From the IMG/VR virus record IMGVR_UViG_3300031695_000001: 64,000 bases of DNA. One strand, 5' to 3'. Both the position numbers and the translations under genes were made by a program. This DNA is from a virus. Positions 8,101-16,549 of the stretch are shown piece after piece (the first letter of the stretch is position 1; each line of letters starts with the position of its first letter). The notes under the pieces are model-generated. The model saw only the letters and a program-made list of their open reading frames with translations. It did no database searches and was not told the DNA's origin.

Positions 8101-10531
8101 TGTTAGCCTTTTGTGCTATTGGAACACTGTTAGTGTTACCAGCTTTAATACATGCTGTTGCTAAACCAAGTAAGTGTCTAGCAGTTGGAAGTACGCCAGG
8201 TCCTGTAACTGCGTTTTCATCTGATCTAACCCATAAGTGTGCTGTTACATTACTTGATACTCCTACGTTAACTGTAATAGTAGTTGACGTTATTGCAGTA
8301 ATTACCCTAAATGTTCCTGATGCTGGATCAGTTGTTCTAGGATAAAGATGTTCAGTAGCATGGCTATCTTGAGCACAAGTAAATGTTAATGAATTTTCAG
8401 CAATACTAACAGTTCCGCCTACTTTAAACGGATGCACTCCGATAGTAAGTACTAGTACGCCCGAAGCTGGAGCATAAGTTGACGCAGTTGGTTTATACAT
8501 TGCACTTTGTGAAGTTGCAAGTGTTGCTGGTGTTAATTGCGTAATTGGTGTACTTACACTGTTTAATCCTTGATAGTTTAATGCTGGAGCAGTTTTTTCC
8601 ATTACATGAGATACAAGTAATTTAAGATAATTAATTGCCGCTATTGTTTGGTTTTCTTGTCCTGCTACTTGGCTCGTTGCACCTACAAAATATGCTAATG
8701 CGGCTAACCTAGATCTAACGTTTCCACCGTGACTAATATCCCATATAATTGCATCAATTAGCTGTCCAGTGTCTCGACGACATGTTTCTTTAGTATATGT
8801 AAAGCCACTAGTAAACGGTGCTCTATTATTTGAAACACCATGATCGATCCATTCAACAACCTCAGCTTGCATAAATGCTCTGTTTTGTGCTAACAGTTGT
8901 CTATCGTCTGCGTTAAATGCACCCTTTTCAATTTGTTCACATGCAAATCTTACAGTCTTAAATGGTCTGTCCATTGTAATACCGTAACTAGGTGCGTCAC
9001 CGTCGACACCTTTGTTGTAATCACAATAGTAAACATGATTAACAAATCCAAAGTATGTCCATTCTGGAGCCGTTGCATCGTCATTAACTTTTAATACTTG
9101 TCCAACTTTGCCAATTGGCAATCTTGCTGGACCTGATCCACCGTAATAAAGCAAATCGCCTGCTGTGGTTAAGTTGCCTGATTCTGCACCACCTGATAAG
9201 AAGTTCCAATATGTGCCCGGACCGTCATTTGCAGGATCATTAACACCTGTGTTTGAAGTGTGTGCTAGTATACAAATGTATGCGTTTACGCTTTGCGTTA
9301 CAACATCACCTGCATCATACAATGTAGAGTTAGTAAATGCCGATTTCCATGCCGCACCTTCGTTTAATCTGTCCCAATATGTTGAGTTTGGAGGACGTTG
9401 TCCATTCGAGTTTTTTGTAGCTAGATATGTATAGCCACCTAAACGTACTACGTCACCTGTTCTATAATCCTGCGAACTACTATCGTCTCCATAGTCTCCA
9501 ACTAAGTTAAATCCAGTTACAAACACTGCCCAATCTGAGGCTTGTTCTGCTGGCTTTTTCTCTATGTTATTAGTTTTAGCAATATATGTATAGCCGCCGT
9601 ATGTTACAATGTCACCTGGCTGATACTCTGAGTATGGTCCCCAAGTGTCTTCGAACTCTAAACCTGCAACAAATATTGCCCATTTAGATTCATCTAATCT
9701 TAAATTTGGTGCAGTTGCATTTGAAGTGTGATGAGTAGTACAAATCCATGTACCGCCTGAATCTTTTACAACATCGTTAATTTTGTAGCGTTTAGCATTT
9801 GCCCACTCGCCTAAGTATTCAATACCTTTATGAAAGTAATCCCATTTTGCTTGGTCAGCTTCAAGACCTCCAGCAACAGTGGCTGCTGATGTGTGTCCAG
9901 TTTTTGCTCTATAAACTTGACCGCCATATCTAGCTAAGTCGCCTACTCGATAACGTGTGCTAACTTGCCACACATCTTTCCAGTCTTGACCATCGCTCAT
10001 CATATCCCAGTTAGCTTGGTTTAATTCTAAGCCTGATGTAGTATTAGGAGCACTTACGTGATATACTGTACAAATATAAATTCTAGATCCATACTTAACA
10101 ATGTCGTTAACTTTGTAACGATAGTTTATTGCCCAGTCAGCTTTGTAATCAAATCCTTCCGAAAATAGATCCCATTTAGCTGAAGAACTGTCATCACCTA
10201 ACGTAGCTTCAAGACCACCTATAAGATCATCGTCGGAAATATGTCCAGTATTACAAATATACAGTAAAGATCCATATTTTACAACATCGTTAATTTTATA
10301 AACTGTTTGTACAGTCCATTCGCCTTTCCATGTTTGACCATCGGAAAATTGTTGCCACTTTGGTGTTGCATTATTTAGATCTAACATAAAATCTGTTTGA
10401 GCAATGTGCCCGACTACACATATGAACGTCTTACCGCCATATCTTACTACATCGTCTTTATAGTAAGTGGTAGAAGAAGTCCATTCGTCTTTCCAAATAA
10501 ACCTAATTCTACCTAATTTAAACTCTGCCAT
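5141..10531 (-). CDS. Giant tail fibre/virion protein (1796 aa): 8 N-terminal CBM5/12-like repeats plus pectin-lyase-like domain
   Basis: Repeats W-x4-Y-x2-D-[VI]V-x-YGG-x-Y-x-C-x3-H; PF(K)TVRFA...VKTGQFYEFLPIRVP...IVGDELRS beta-helix start; C-terminal block shared with 10604-15463. Confidence 0.75.
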   Translation of the reverse strand: MAEFKLGRIRFIWKDEWTSSTTYYKDDVVRYGGKTFICVVGHIAQTDFMLDLNNATPKWQQFSDGQTWKGEWTVQTVYKINDVVKYGSLLYICNTGHISDDDLIGGLEATLGDDSSSAKWDLFSEGFDYKADWAINYRYKVNDIVKYGSRIYICTVYHVSAPNTTSGLELNQANWDMMSDGQDWKDVWQVSTRYRVGDLARYGGQVYRAKTGHTSAATVAGGLEADQAKWDYFHKGIEYLGEWANAKRYKINDVVKDSGGTWICTTHHTSNATAPNLRLDESKWAIFVAGLEFEDTWGPYSEYQPGDIVTYGGYTYIAKTNNIEKKPAEQASDWAVFVTGFNLVGDYGDDSSSQDYRTGDVVRLGGYTYLATKNSNGQRPPNSTYWDRLNEGAAWKSAFTNSTLYDAGDVVTQSVNAYICILAHTSNTGVNDPANDGPGTYWNFLSGGAESGNLTTAGDLLYYGGSGPARLPIGKVGQVLKVNDDATAPEWTYFGFVNHVYYCDYNKGVDGDAPSYGITMDRPFKTVRFACEQIEKGAFNADDRQLLAQNRAFMQAEVVEWIDHGVSNNRAPFTSGFTYTKETCRRDTGQLIDAIIWDISHGGNVRSRLAALAYFVGATSQVAGQENQTIAAINYLKLLVSHVMEKTAPALNYQGLNSVSTPITQLTPATLATSQSAMYKPTASTYAPASGVLVLTIGVHPFKVGGTVSIAENSLTFTCAQDSHATEHLYPRTTDPASGTFRVITAITSTTITVNVGVSSNVTAHLWVRSDENAVTGPGVLPTARHLLGLATACIKAGNTNSVPIAQKANKTVFVKTGQFYEFLPIRVPEDTAIVGDELRSTKISPAATATASEDVPKSIAAITRLAAIASTIITNGNVTESTGNSVTQVVTRPAGSSAAGAYASNLFTELADYIDFGANGASGDSTVPQYRGQLIPNATTGFTYAVEILEQNRAYMIAEVHAYISATYANYNYTITACARDVNRYIDAVKIDLIFGSNYEVFMAGRYYLNALSNNNLEDMFYMRNGSGLRNCSLSGLSGALGSANSYGTRRPSAGAFVSLDPGWGPDDTRGWITTKSPYVQNVSNFGTACIGLKVDGAIHNGGNDSIVANDFTQILSDGIGFWVNNLGRAELVSVFTYYCHIGYLAESGGKVRATNGNNSYGDFGSVAEGIDSTEVPILGKVDNQQLEAQVAAVFTDGANQILQVEYLNAGLGYTTQQTSSLLTVDTVSGADASRTKGTYHGIVGSSAGSGTGQEFSIQVEANGTYAVTVVKGGTGHAENDTITVADNLVGGGGAAVCTFDVATIGAATRWAFAGDGFGAAVSATNVVNGGVYEIQIDSDSATYGGDGYKEVASNAQAGNATQISLAATDVNATGAYNGMSIYITSGLGAGQYGVIGVYNSGSKVATVFKDSNGAAGWDHAIGTGIVSSLDSTTAYIISPRVVFAAPASGTRARGRARVSDEKVIEVRIINPGSGYSIASPPVMTLVDPNNTIEMAHTVRVGNAVLTQPTFSNRGTGYITATGTVNGDGYADIKQTGTKIRVDGLTASPQKGSNVEFASRANTWYKLVAVTGLVGNGPYSALLQISPTILASERPPHDDAITIRRRFSQVRLTGHDFLDIGTGNFTNTNYPNDPSSVPDPAVETNNFGGGRVFYTSTDQDGNFRVGGLFNVEQATGIATLNVEAFNISGLNELQLGSVALGGNGAVISEFSTDGTFSADSDSIVPTQKAIKTYITSQIGGGVATLNVNSVTAGVIEITGNQISTTSGGSININNVVNFKGGIAGAPVALQMFLLN

Positions 10532-10555
10532 GGGTCACTCCAATGTTATTATTAG

Positions 10556-10563
10556 TATTTATC
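10556..10563 (-). promoter_or_regulatory. Late promoter (GATAAATA)
   Basis: TAAATA core 25 nt upstream of the ATG at 10531. Confidence 0.65.
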
Positions 10564-10603
10564 AAAACCCTAAACTCCTCAACTATTCTTAATTTTGTTT
10601 GCA

Positions 10604-13600
10604 TTAGAATGCCCCTCCTGCAAAGAACGCATGTGCTAACAATGTACCAGCAATACCGTGTGCTACTCCAGGATTTGTTGGATCACCTTGTATATTAACC
10701 GTTGCTAAAATGTTAATTGCTCCATTTAGCGGAGTAAAGATTTCATTTCCTCGAAAGCTAATATTACCTGCGTTTAATCTGTTAACAGCTACGTCTGAGC
10801 CACCACTTGAAATACGTGACTTAACATATATACCAATTGCTTTTTGTGTTGGTACTATGTTATTAGAGTTTGCTGTGAATGTACCGTCTGTACTAAATTC
10901 TCTAACAACTGCTCCTGTGCCTCCAAGCACAACACCGCCTAGGCTTAGTTCTGATAATCCGCTTAGATCAAAGAAACTTGCATTGATTGATATTGTACCA
11001 GTCGACTGTTCAACTTCAAATAACTCACCAACTCTAAAGTTACCATCTTGGTCAGTACTTGTATAAAATACTCGTCCACCATAATATTGTAATACTTCGT
11101 TATATTGTTGTGGTTCGTTTGTTGCATCAAATCCAAATGTATATAATCCAGGATATGCTGTATCTCCAAAGTTACCAGAACCAATATCTAAGAAATCGTG
11201 TCCAGTAAGTCTAATTTGGCTATAGTTTTCTCGTAGTGTAACAGACGTACCGTGGACTGGAGATTCTGCTCTACCAAATGCTGGGCTAACTTGGAATGTT
11301 GCTTTAAAGACAGGAGCAGTTCCTGAATTTGATACTGTTTTAACAACATAATAAGTAACTCCGTCAATGCCGCCAATAGCAATGTTATCACCTGGTCCGG
11401 GTAACTTTGTTAAATTTTCAACTGTTAGCGTATCTGTTATTTGCAAAATGTCAGCAAAGCCGTCGCCGGCAGTAATTTTAGCCGTTGCACTAAAGTATCC
11501 CGTGCCTCTATTTGTATAAGATGGCCATCCAAGTACTCCGTTATTAACACTAACACTAGTTGTAACGTCTAATGTAGCTTGTGGATCAAATACTGTAATT
11601 GTCGGAGGACTTGCTTCGTTATAATAACTTCCTGGGTTGCTTATAATGAAGGTACCGATCCTGTTACTACCAACAATTGCAATTGCTTCTGCTTTTGCTC
11701 CAGTAACAATTCTTGTCGCGTCGTTTGAACCTACTGATACTCCAACCCACACGCCGTTGTTGGCTGCAATGCCGGTCCAGTCTTGCGCTGCCAGTGTTAT
11801 TTTACTTGTCCAAGTAAATCCATCTCTACTAAGTGCTACTATATCAGATAACGGATTAAGTGATACAAACAGTCCTTGGTTGTAAGAAAGATCTCTCCAT
11901 TTTCCTGTTTCCATACTACCTGCATGCCAAGTTATCCCGTCTAAACTAACGGCTGTTGGGCATGCTGTACTATCGTCCTTTTCGCTTATAGCAACAAATC
12001 TGTCATTGCCGTAAATTACTTTATTCCATTCTTGACTTGATGGTAGTGCAACTTCTGTCCAACTGGCTGCGTCATCACTACTATACATTGCTTTGTTGCC
12101 GCCACCTTGTATAATTACAAACTTACCTGCACCGTACGCACAACTTGCCCAATCAGCAGTTACGCCTACATCAACACTAGACCAAGCTGTGCCATTGTTA
12201 GTTGATTTTGCAATAGTCGTTCCGCCTGTACTGTCAGAAGTTCTAGCTACTGCAATTTTAACTTGTGATCCAGTTTCTGTACTTCCTACTACATCAGACC
12301 AATCTAATGAAGTTGGCAATGTAGTGGCTGTCCAAGATGTTCCGTCTGTAGAATAAGCCGAAGCACTTCCGCCTTCTGCAACAGCTACATAGTAACCGTT
12401 GCTAAAAGTAACAGCTGACCAATCTGCTGTTGAGGGCATAGTTGTGCCGGACCAAGATGATCCATCTGCTGATAATCCAGCAGTAGTTGACCCTTTTGCA
12501 ACAGCTACATATCCATTAGTGCCGTAAGTAATAGCTGACCAATTAGCTACACCAGGTAGTGTAATTGTACTACTTACATACGTTGGTTCCGGTATATCTA
12601 CTCTTGGTTCAATCACATAATATGTACTATTATCAAATGCAACTTCGTTGGGCATTCCTGTAACATGTTCCCAACCAGGTTCGCCGTTTGATTCTTTTTC
12701 AACTATGACTTGTTTTATATCCGATCTAAACGTTTTAATTTTAGCGTATTGTCCGGTTCCTGTGCCCGACGAAATTCTTACTCGCATACCTTGGTATTTT
12801 GCAGGTGTTCCTGTATCTGCACCTGATAGTATAATTTCAGTAGCAGTACCCGACTGTGCTTTGTTCAATACATATTGATAGTTCGCTCCGCCTATAAAGT
12901 TAGAGTCTTCTTCAGATGCAAATATTTCATTAATACCGCCACTTCTAAACTCAGTGTATTTTGGATCGGCTCCTGTACCAACACTAGTTAGTGCCACAAG
13001 TGCGCTAGTATAATCTTGTCCGGCATTAGAATAACCAAACCCACCTATTGTATTTTGGTTGTTGTACACATTATAAATTTGTGCTTCGTTTGCTCTATTA
13101 TTTACTGTTGCTGTTGCTGGAGTTTCGCCAATATTAAACCCTTCAGCAACTGATCCGTACAACCCGTAAGAGTTGTTACCATTCAATGCTCGAATTTTGC
13201 CGCCAGCAGTAGCTAAGTATCCAATATGACAGTAGTATGTAAACACAGATACAAGCTCTGATCTACCATCAGCATTAACCCAGTATCCAATACCATCACT
13301 TAAAATTTGTGTAAAGTCGTTTGCAACCATTGACTTGTTGCCGCCGCCGTGTAAGTTTCCGTCAATTTTCATACCTACACACCCTGTACCAAATGTTGAT
13401 ACGTTTTGTACATATGGAGATTTATTAGTGATCCAAGCATATGAATCACTAGGGCCACTTGCAGGATCTAATGAAACATATGCTCCACCATTTGGGCGTC
13501 TTGTTAAGTTATCATTAGTAGCGCCTAACGTACCGAGCTTACCAGACAATGTCATATTGCGTAATCCAGTACCGTTGTGCATGTAAAACATATCAGTTGC

Positions 13601-15463
13601 TTCATAACCAGCCGCTGGTTGTACTGTTACACTTCTTAATTCGTCACCAACAATAGCAACATCTGCCGGAACAATAATTGGCAATACTTCTTGATATATT
13701 CCTGTTGCTATGAATATAGTTGCAGGTGCTCTAGCTGCCGTATCACCTCTGATATATTGACATGCATAATTTAAAGATGCATACGGAGTATCTGCACTGC
13801 CGCCAAACCCTACTGCATCTGTACCCTCCATTGAAACGTAATAAACCTTTACTGTTTGGTTTAACCCTTCCCATTTAACTGTAGCATCTTCGGCTACTTT
13901 AACTACTTGTCCCTTTACACCTATAGTAAGGTTTGTAGGAGCAACTGTGCTGCCATCATAAGAAGTATTAAATGTTCGTATATCACCTCGATACCTTAAT
14001 GCATTATTTGATGCCGATGTTGAACTACCAAAGTATATACTCCAATACTCAAATGCTCCAGTTTCTGTGTCAGTGTCAAAAATTGGTCTTGCTTCAAATA
14101 TATTACTGTAATGTGTTTTCTTACAAATATACGAAACACTCTGGTCTAGAACAACGTCGCCAGGATAGTATTGCAAATACGTACTATCAGATGCATCATC
14201 TACAGTCTGATAACCACCGTATTCTCTCCATTCACCCTGCCACATTATTCCAGTTTTAAGTAGTAACCATTTTGTTATTCCTTCTACAGGAGGATCACTT
14301 TCTGCATCGCCTGGCTCTATTAATTGAGCCGCTGTAATATTAACTCTAGCTTCGTACAAGTATCCGTTTTTGCGTACTACACTACCCGAAACATAAGTTT
14401 TGGTTATGTCCCAATCGCCTTTCAACTTGTAGCCTCTAGTTAATAATTCCCATTCACCTGCGTCTTGTGCTACTCCATATTCGTTAGGCAAAATGTTTGT
14501 AACAATTTGTAATGCAGTATACGAGTATCCGCCGTATGTTACAATATCACCTGGTTGGTATACTGTAGTACTAAGCCATTCAGTTTCGTATCCAAGTCCA
14601 GGTATCCATAGATCCCAATCATTAGCTAGATCAAACACATCAGTTCCGGACATTCCGCGCTTTGCTTTATACAAACTAGATCCGTATTTTACAATGTCAT
14701 TAGTTTTGTGGTATAACCCGCTCCATTCGCCTTTGTATTCAATTCCTTCAACAATTAGTTCCCATTTAGCCGCTGACGAATCTAAACCTAAATCAGTTCC
14801 AATTCCTTCTTGTATTCCGTCATTACTAGTATGACCAATTGTACATCTATAAACGTTGCCACCGTAACGTACTATATCATCTTTAATATATCTAGTTCCA
14901 ACAGCCCAGTTATCTTTCCAATAATCACTTCTTTGTAAAGTTGACCAGTTGCCTTGATTATATTCTAATCCGTTGTTTGTAGTATTTGATTGATGATTAG
15001 TTATACATAAGTACACAATGCCGTTATATCGCACTACATCATTCTTTTTGTATTCAGTATATGCACTCCATACGTTTAACCAGTTATAGCCTTTAGCAAA
15101 CGGAGCCCACTTTGCTTGATCAGTTTCTAATCCCAATGCCACACTTGACGCACTAGAATGACTATCAATACAATTGTAAAGTATTCCTCTATATTTTACT
15201 AAGTCGTTTACTTTATAAAATGTCGAAGGTAACCAGTTGCCTTTCCAGTCAGTGCCGTCGACTACTTGCTCCCATTTAGGAGTAGATTCGCCTGCAACAA
15301 GGAAGTCTAAGTCACTGTTAAAGTCTGCTGATGCAGTATGACTAACTAACGAAACAAAAGTCTTACCACCATATGAAACCATATCGTCTTTAATGTACGC
15401 TGTGGCTCCAGCCCAAGGACCTTTCCAATTGTAACGTATTCTATCAATTCTAAATTCTGCCAT
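10604..15463 (-). CDS. Giant tail fibre/virion protein (1619 aa), paralog of 5141-10531 with a beta-propeller insert
   Basis: Same 8 N-terminal repeats and SPYVQNVS/ANDFTQILSDGIG/FYTSTDQDGNFRVG blocks; W-x2-[IV]-x-YG-x-G-x-[YF]VAV...S-x-DG-x2-W (Asp-box-like) blades. Confidence 0.75.
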   Translation of the reverse strand: MAEFRIDRIRYNWKGPWAGATAYIKDDMVSYGGKTFVSLVSHTASADFNSDLDFLVAGESTPKWEQVVDGTDWKGNWLPSTFYKVNDLVKYRGILYNCIDSHSSASSVALGLETDQAKWAPFAKGYNWLNVWSAYTEYKKNDVVRYNGIVYLCITNHQSNTTNNGLEYNQGNWSTLQRSDYWKDNWAVGTRYIKDDIVRYGGNVYRCTIGHTSNDGIQEGIGTDLGLDSSAAKWELIVEGIEYKGEWSGLYHKTNDIVKYGSSLYKAKRGMSGTDVFDLANDWDLWIPGLGYETEWLSTTVYQPGDIVTYGGYSYTALQIVTNILPNEYGVAQDAGEWELLTRGYKLKGDWDITKTYVSGSVVRKNGYLYEARVNITAAQLIEPGDAESDPPVEGITKWLLLKTGIMWQGEWREYGGYQTVDDASDSTYLQYYPGDVVLDQSVSYICKKTHYSNIFEARPIFDTDTETGAFEYWSIYFGSSTSASNNALRYRGDIRTFNTSYDGSTVAPTNLTIGVKGQVVKVAEDATVKWEGLNQTVKVYYVSMEGTDAVGFGGSADTPYASLNYACQYIRGDTAARAPATIFIATGIYQEVLPIIVPADVAIVGDELRSVTVQPAAGYEATDMFYMHNGTGLRNMTLSGKLGTLGATNDNLTRRPNGGAYVSLDPASGPSDSYAWITNKSPYVQNVSTFGTGCVGMKIDGNLHGGGNKSMVANDFTQILSDGIGYWVNADGRSELVSVFTYYCHIGYLATAGGKIRALNGNNSYGLYGSVAEGFNIGETPATATVNNRANEAQIYNVYNNQNTIGGFGYSNAGQDYTSALVALTSVGTGADPKYTEFRSGGINEIFASEEDSNFIGGANYQYVLNKAQSGTATEIILSGADTGTPAKYQGMRVRISSGTGTGQYAKIKTFRSDIKQVIVEKESNGEPGWEHVTGMPNEVAFDNSTYYVIEPRVDIPEPTYVSSTITLPGVANWSAITYGTNGYVAVAKGSTTAGLSADGSSWSGTTMPSTADWSAVTFSNGYYVAVAEGGSASAYSTDGTSWTATTLPTSLDWSDVVGSTETGSQVKIAVARTSDSTGGTTIAKSTNNGTAWSSVDVGVTADWASCAYGAGKFVIIQGGGNKAMYSSDDAASWTEVALPSSQEWNKVIYGNDRFVAISEKDDSTACPTAVSLDGITWHAGSMETGKWRDLSYNQGLFVSLNPLSDIVALSRDGFTWTSKITLAAQDWTGIAANNGVWVGVSVGSNDATRIVTGAKAEAIAIVGSNRIGTFIISNPGSYYNEASPPTITVFDPQATLDVTTSVSVNNGVLGWPSYTNRGTGYFSATAKITAGDGFADILQITDTLTVENLTKLPGPGDNIAIGGIDGVTYYVVKTVSNSGTAPVFKATFQVSPAFGRAESPVHGTSVTLRENYSQIRLTGHDFLDIGSGNFGDTAYPGLYTFGFDATNEPQQYNEVLQYYGGRVFYTSTDQDGNFRVGELFEVEQSTGTISINASFFDLSGLSELSLGGVVLGGTGAVVREFSTDGTFTANSNNIVPTQKAIGIYVKSRISSGGSDVAVNRLNAGNISFRGNEIFTPLNGAINILATVNIQGDPTNPGVAHGIAGTLLAHAFFAGGAF

Positions 15464-15480
15464 TTTCTTGTCCTAATTCT

Positions 15481-16206
15481 TTAAGTAAGTGTATTTATTT
15501 GGCCGCCCATGCCACTATGATTTACACAATAATAATATAGTGTTGGTGCGTTTACAGGTATTTGTATCTTAACATATGCGCCTTGTACACCTGCTACACC
15601 TAGCTTTGTAACTCCAGTAGTATATTCTACGCCACCGCCCCATGTTCCGTTTGGTGTTATTGAAAATCTAATTGGATGTGTATTGTTACTAACGTTAGCT
15701 TGTCCAAATGTATATGTTTGTCCTTCAAATAAGTTTAGTGTAGGTGTAAGTATATCATTAAGGTAGTATCTATTTCCAGTACCATATCCTGTTGTGCCAG
15801 TTGCAACAGTAACTTTAAAGTGGGTTGGATTGTACGCACTGTTGCCGTCTGTACTTACCCCGGTAGGATACGTGTACGGTCTATTAATTCTTACAACTAG
15901 TTCGCCTTCATCGTTAATATAATAAAACAAATGTCTGTCATCCCAGCGCAGTTGTTCGTATGTTAAGTTTTCATAAACATAGTCATGGTTCTGATCACGT
16001 CCTTCAAAAAAGTCAACGCCTTGTTCAAAGTCACTGTAATTTTTTGTGGGGTCGCCTGGTTTATTAACTTGTATCGATGCATCTGGATCCATTTGATCAA
16101 CTTTTGTAAAAAACAATTCGCCGTCGTCGGTCCTGCGCAGTCCATAAAAGAATCTACCATCTAGTCCATCTAAAACATTTTCTTGATTATTTCCAAAATA
16201 TGCCAT
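15481..16206 (-). CDS. Virion-associated protein with a C-terminal cupredoxin-like domain
   Basis: PTLNLFEGQTYTF...HPIRFS...LYYYCVNHSGMGG gives His...Cys-x2-His-x2-Met, the type-1 copper ligand spacing of amicyanin. Confidence 0.55.
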   Translation of the reverse strand: MAYFGNNQENVLDGLDGRFFYGLRRTDDGELFFTKVDQMDPDASIQVNKPGDPTKNYSDFEQGVDFFEGRDQNHDYVYENLTYEQLRWDDRHLFYYINDEGELVVRINRPYTYPTGVSTDGNSAYNPTHFKVTVATGTTGYGTGNRYYLNDILTPTLNLFEGQTYTFGQANVSNNTHPIRFSITPNGTWGGGVEYTTGVTKLGVAGVQGAYVKIQIPVNAPTLYYYCVNHSGMGGQINTLT

Positions 16207-16215
16207 GTTTTACTC

Positions 16216-16545
16216 CTATACTATGTCTACGTAACTGATAATAGCATCACAGCTATCAGCTAAATTACTTTGTACTAACAATGAATTATTTGCTGGAATA
16301 ATTAATTTCTCTCCACCAAGCATTCCTTTAAAGCTACTATTCGGAGCTACCATTACATCTTTCATAAAGTAACCTTCTACGCTTGTATCGTCCTTAACAT
16401 AAATGTTAACGTTAATAGCAAACTCAGTTATATTTGCAATATTGATTCCTAATACAGTAGCGTTAGTTGATCCGTCACTTGCAAACACTTCAATCTTTTG
16501 TGTTCCTATATCTTTAATAATTTTGTTTCTAAAATATGTTGCCAT
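16216..16545 (-). CDS. ~110-aa fibre partner protein, copy 2
   Basis: VLGINIAN...FMKDVMVAPNSS...GGEKLIIPANNSLLVQS...IISYVDI. Confidence 0.5.
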   Translation of the reverse strand: MATYFRNKIIKDIGTQKIEVFASDGSTNATVLGINIANITEFAINVNIYVKDDTSVEGYFMKDVMVAPNSSFKGMLGGEKLIIPANNSLLVQSNLADSCDAIISYVDIV

Positions 16546-16549
16546 TTTT

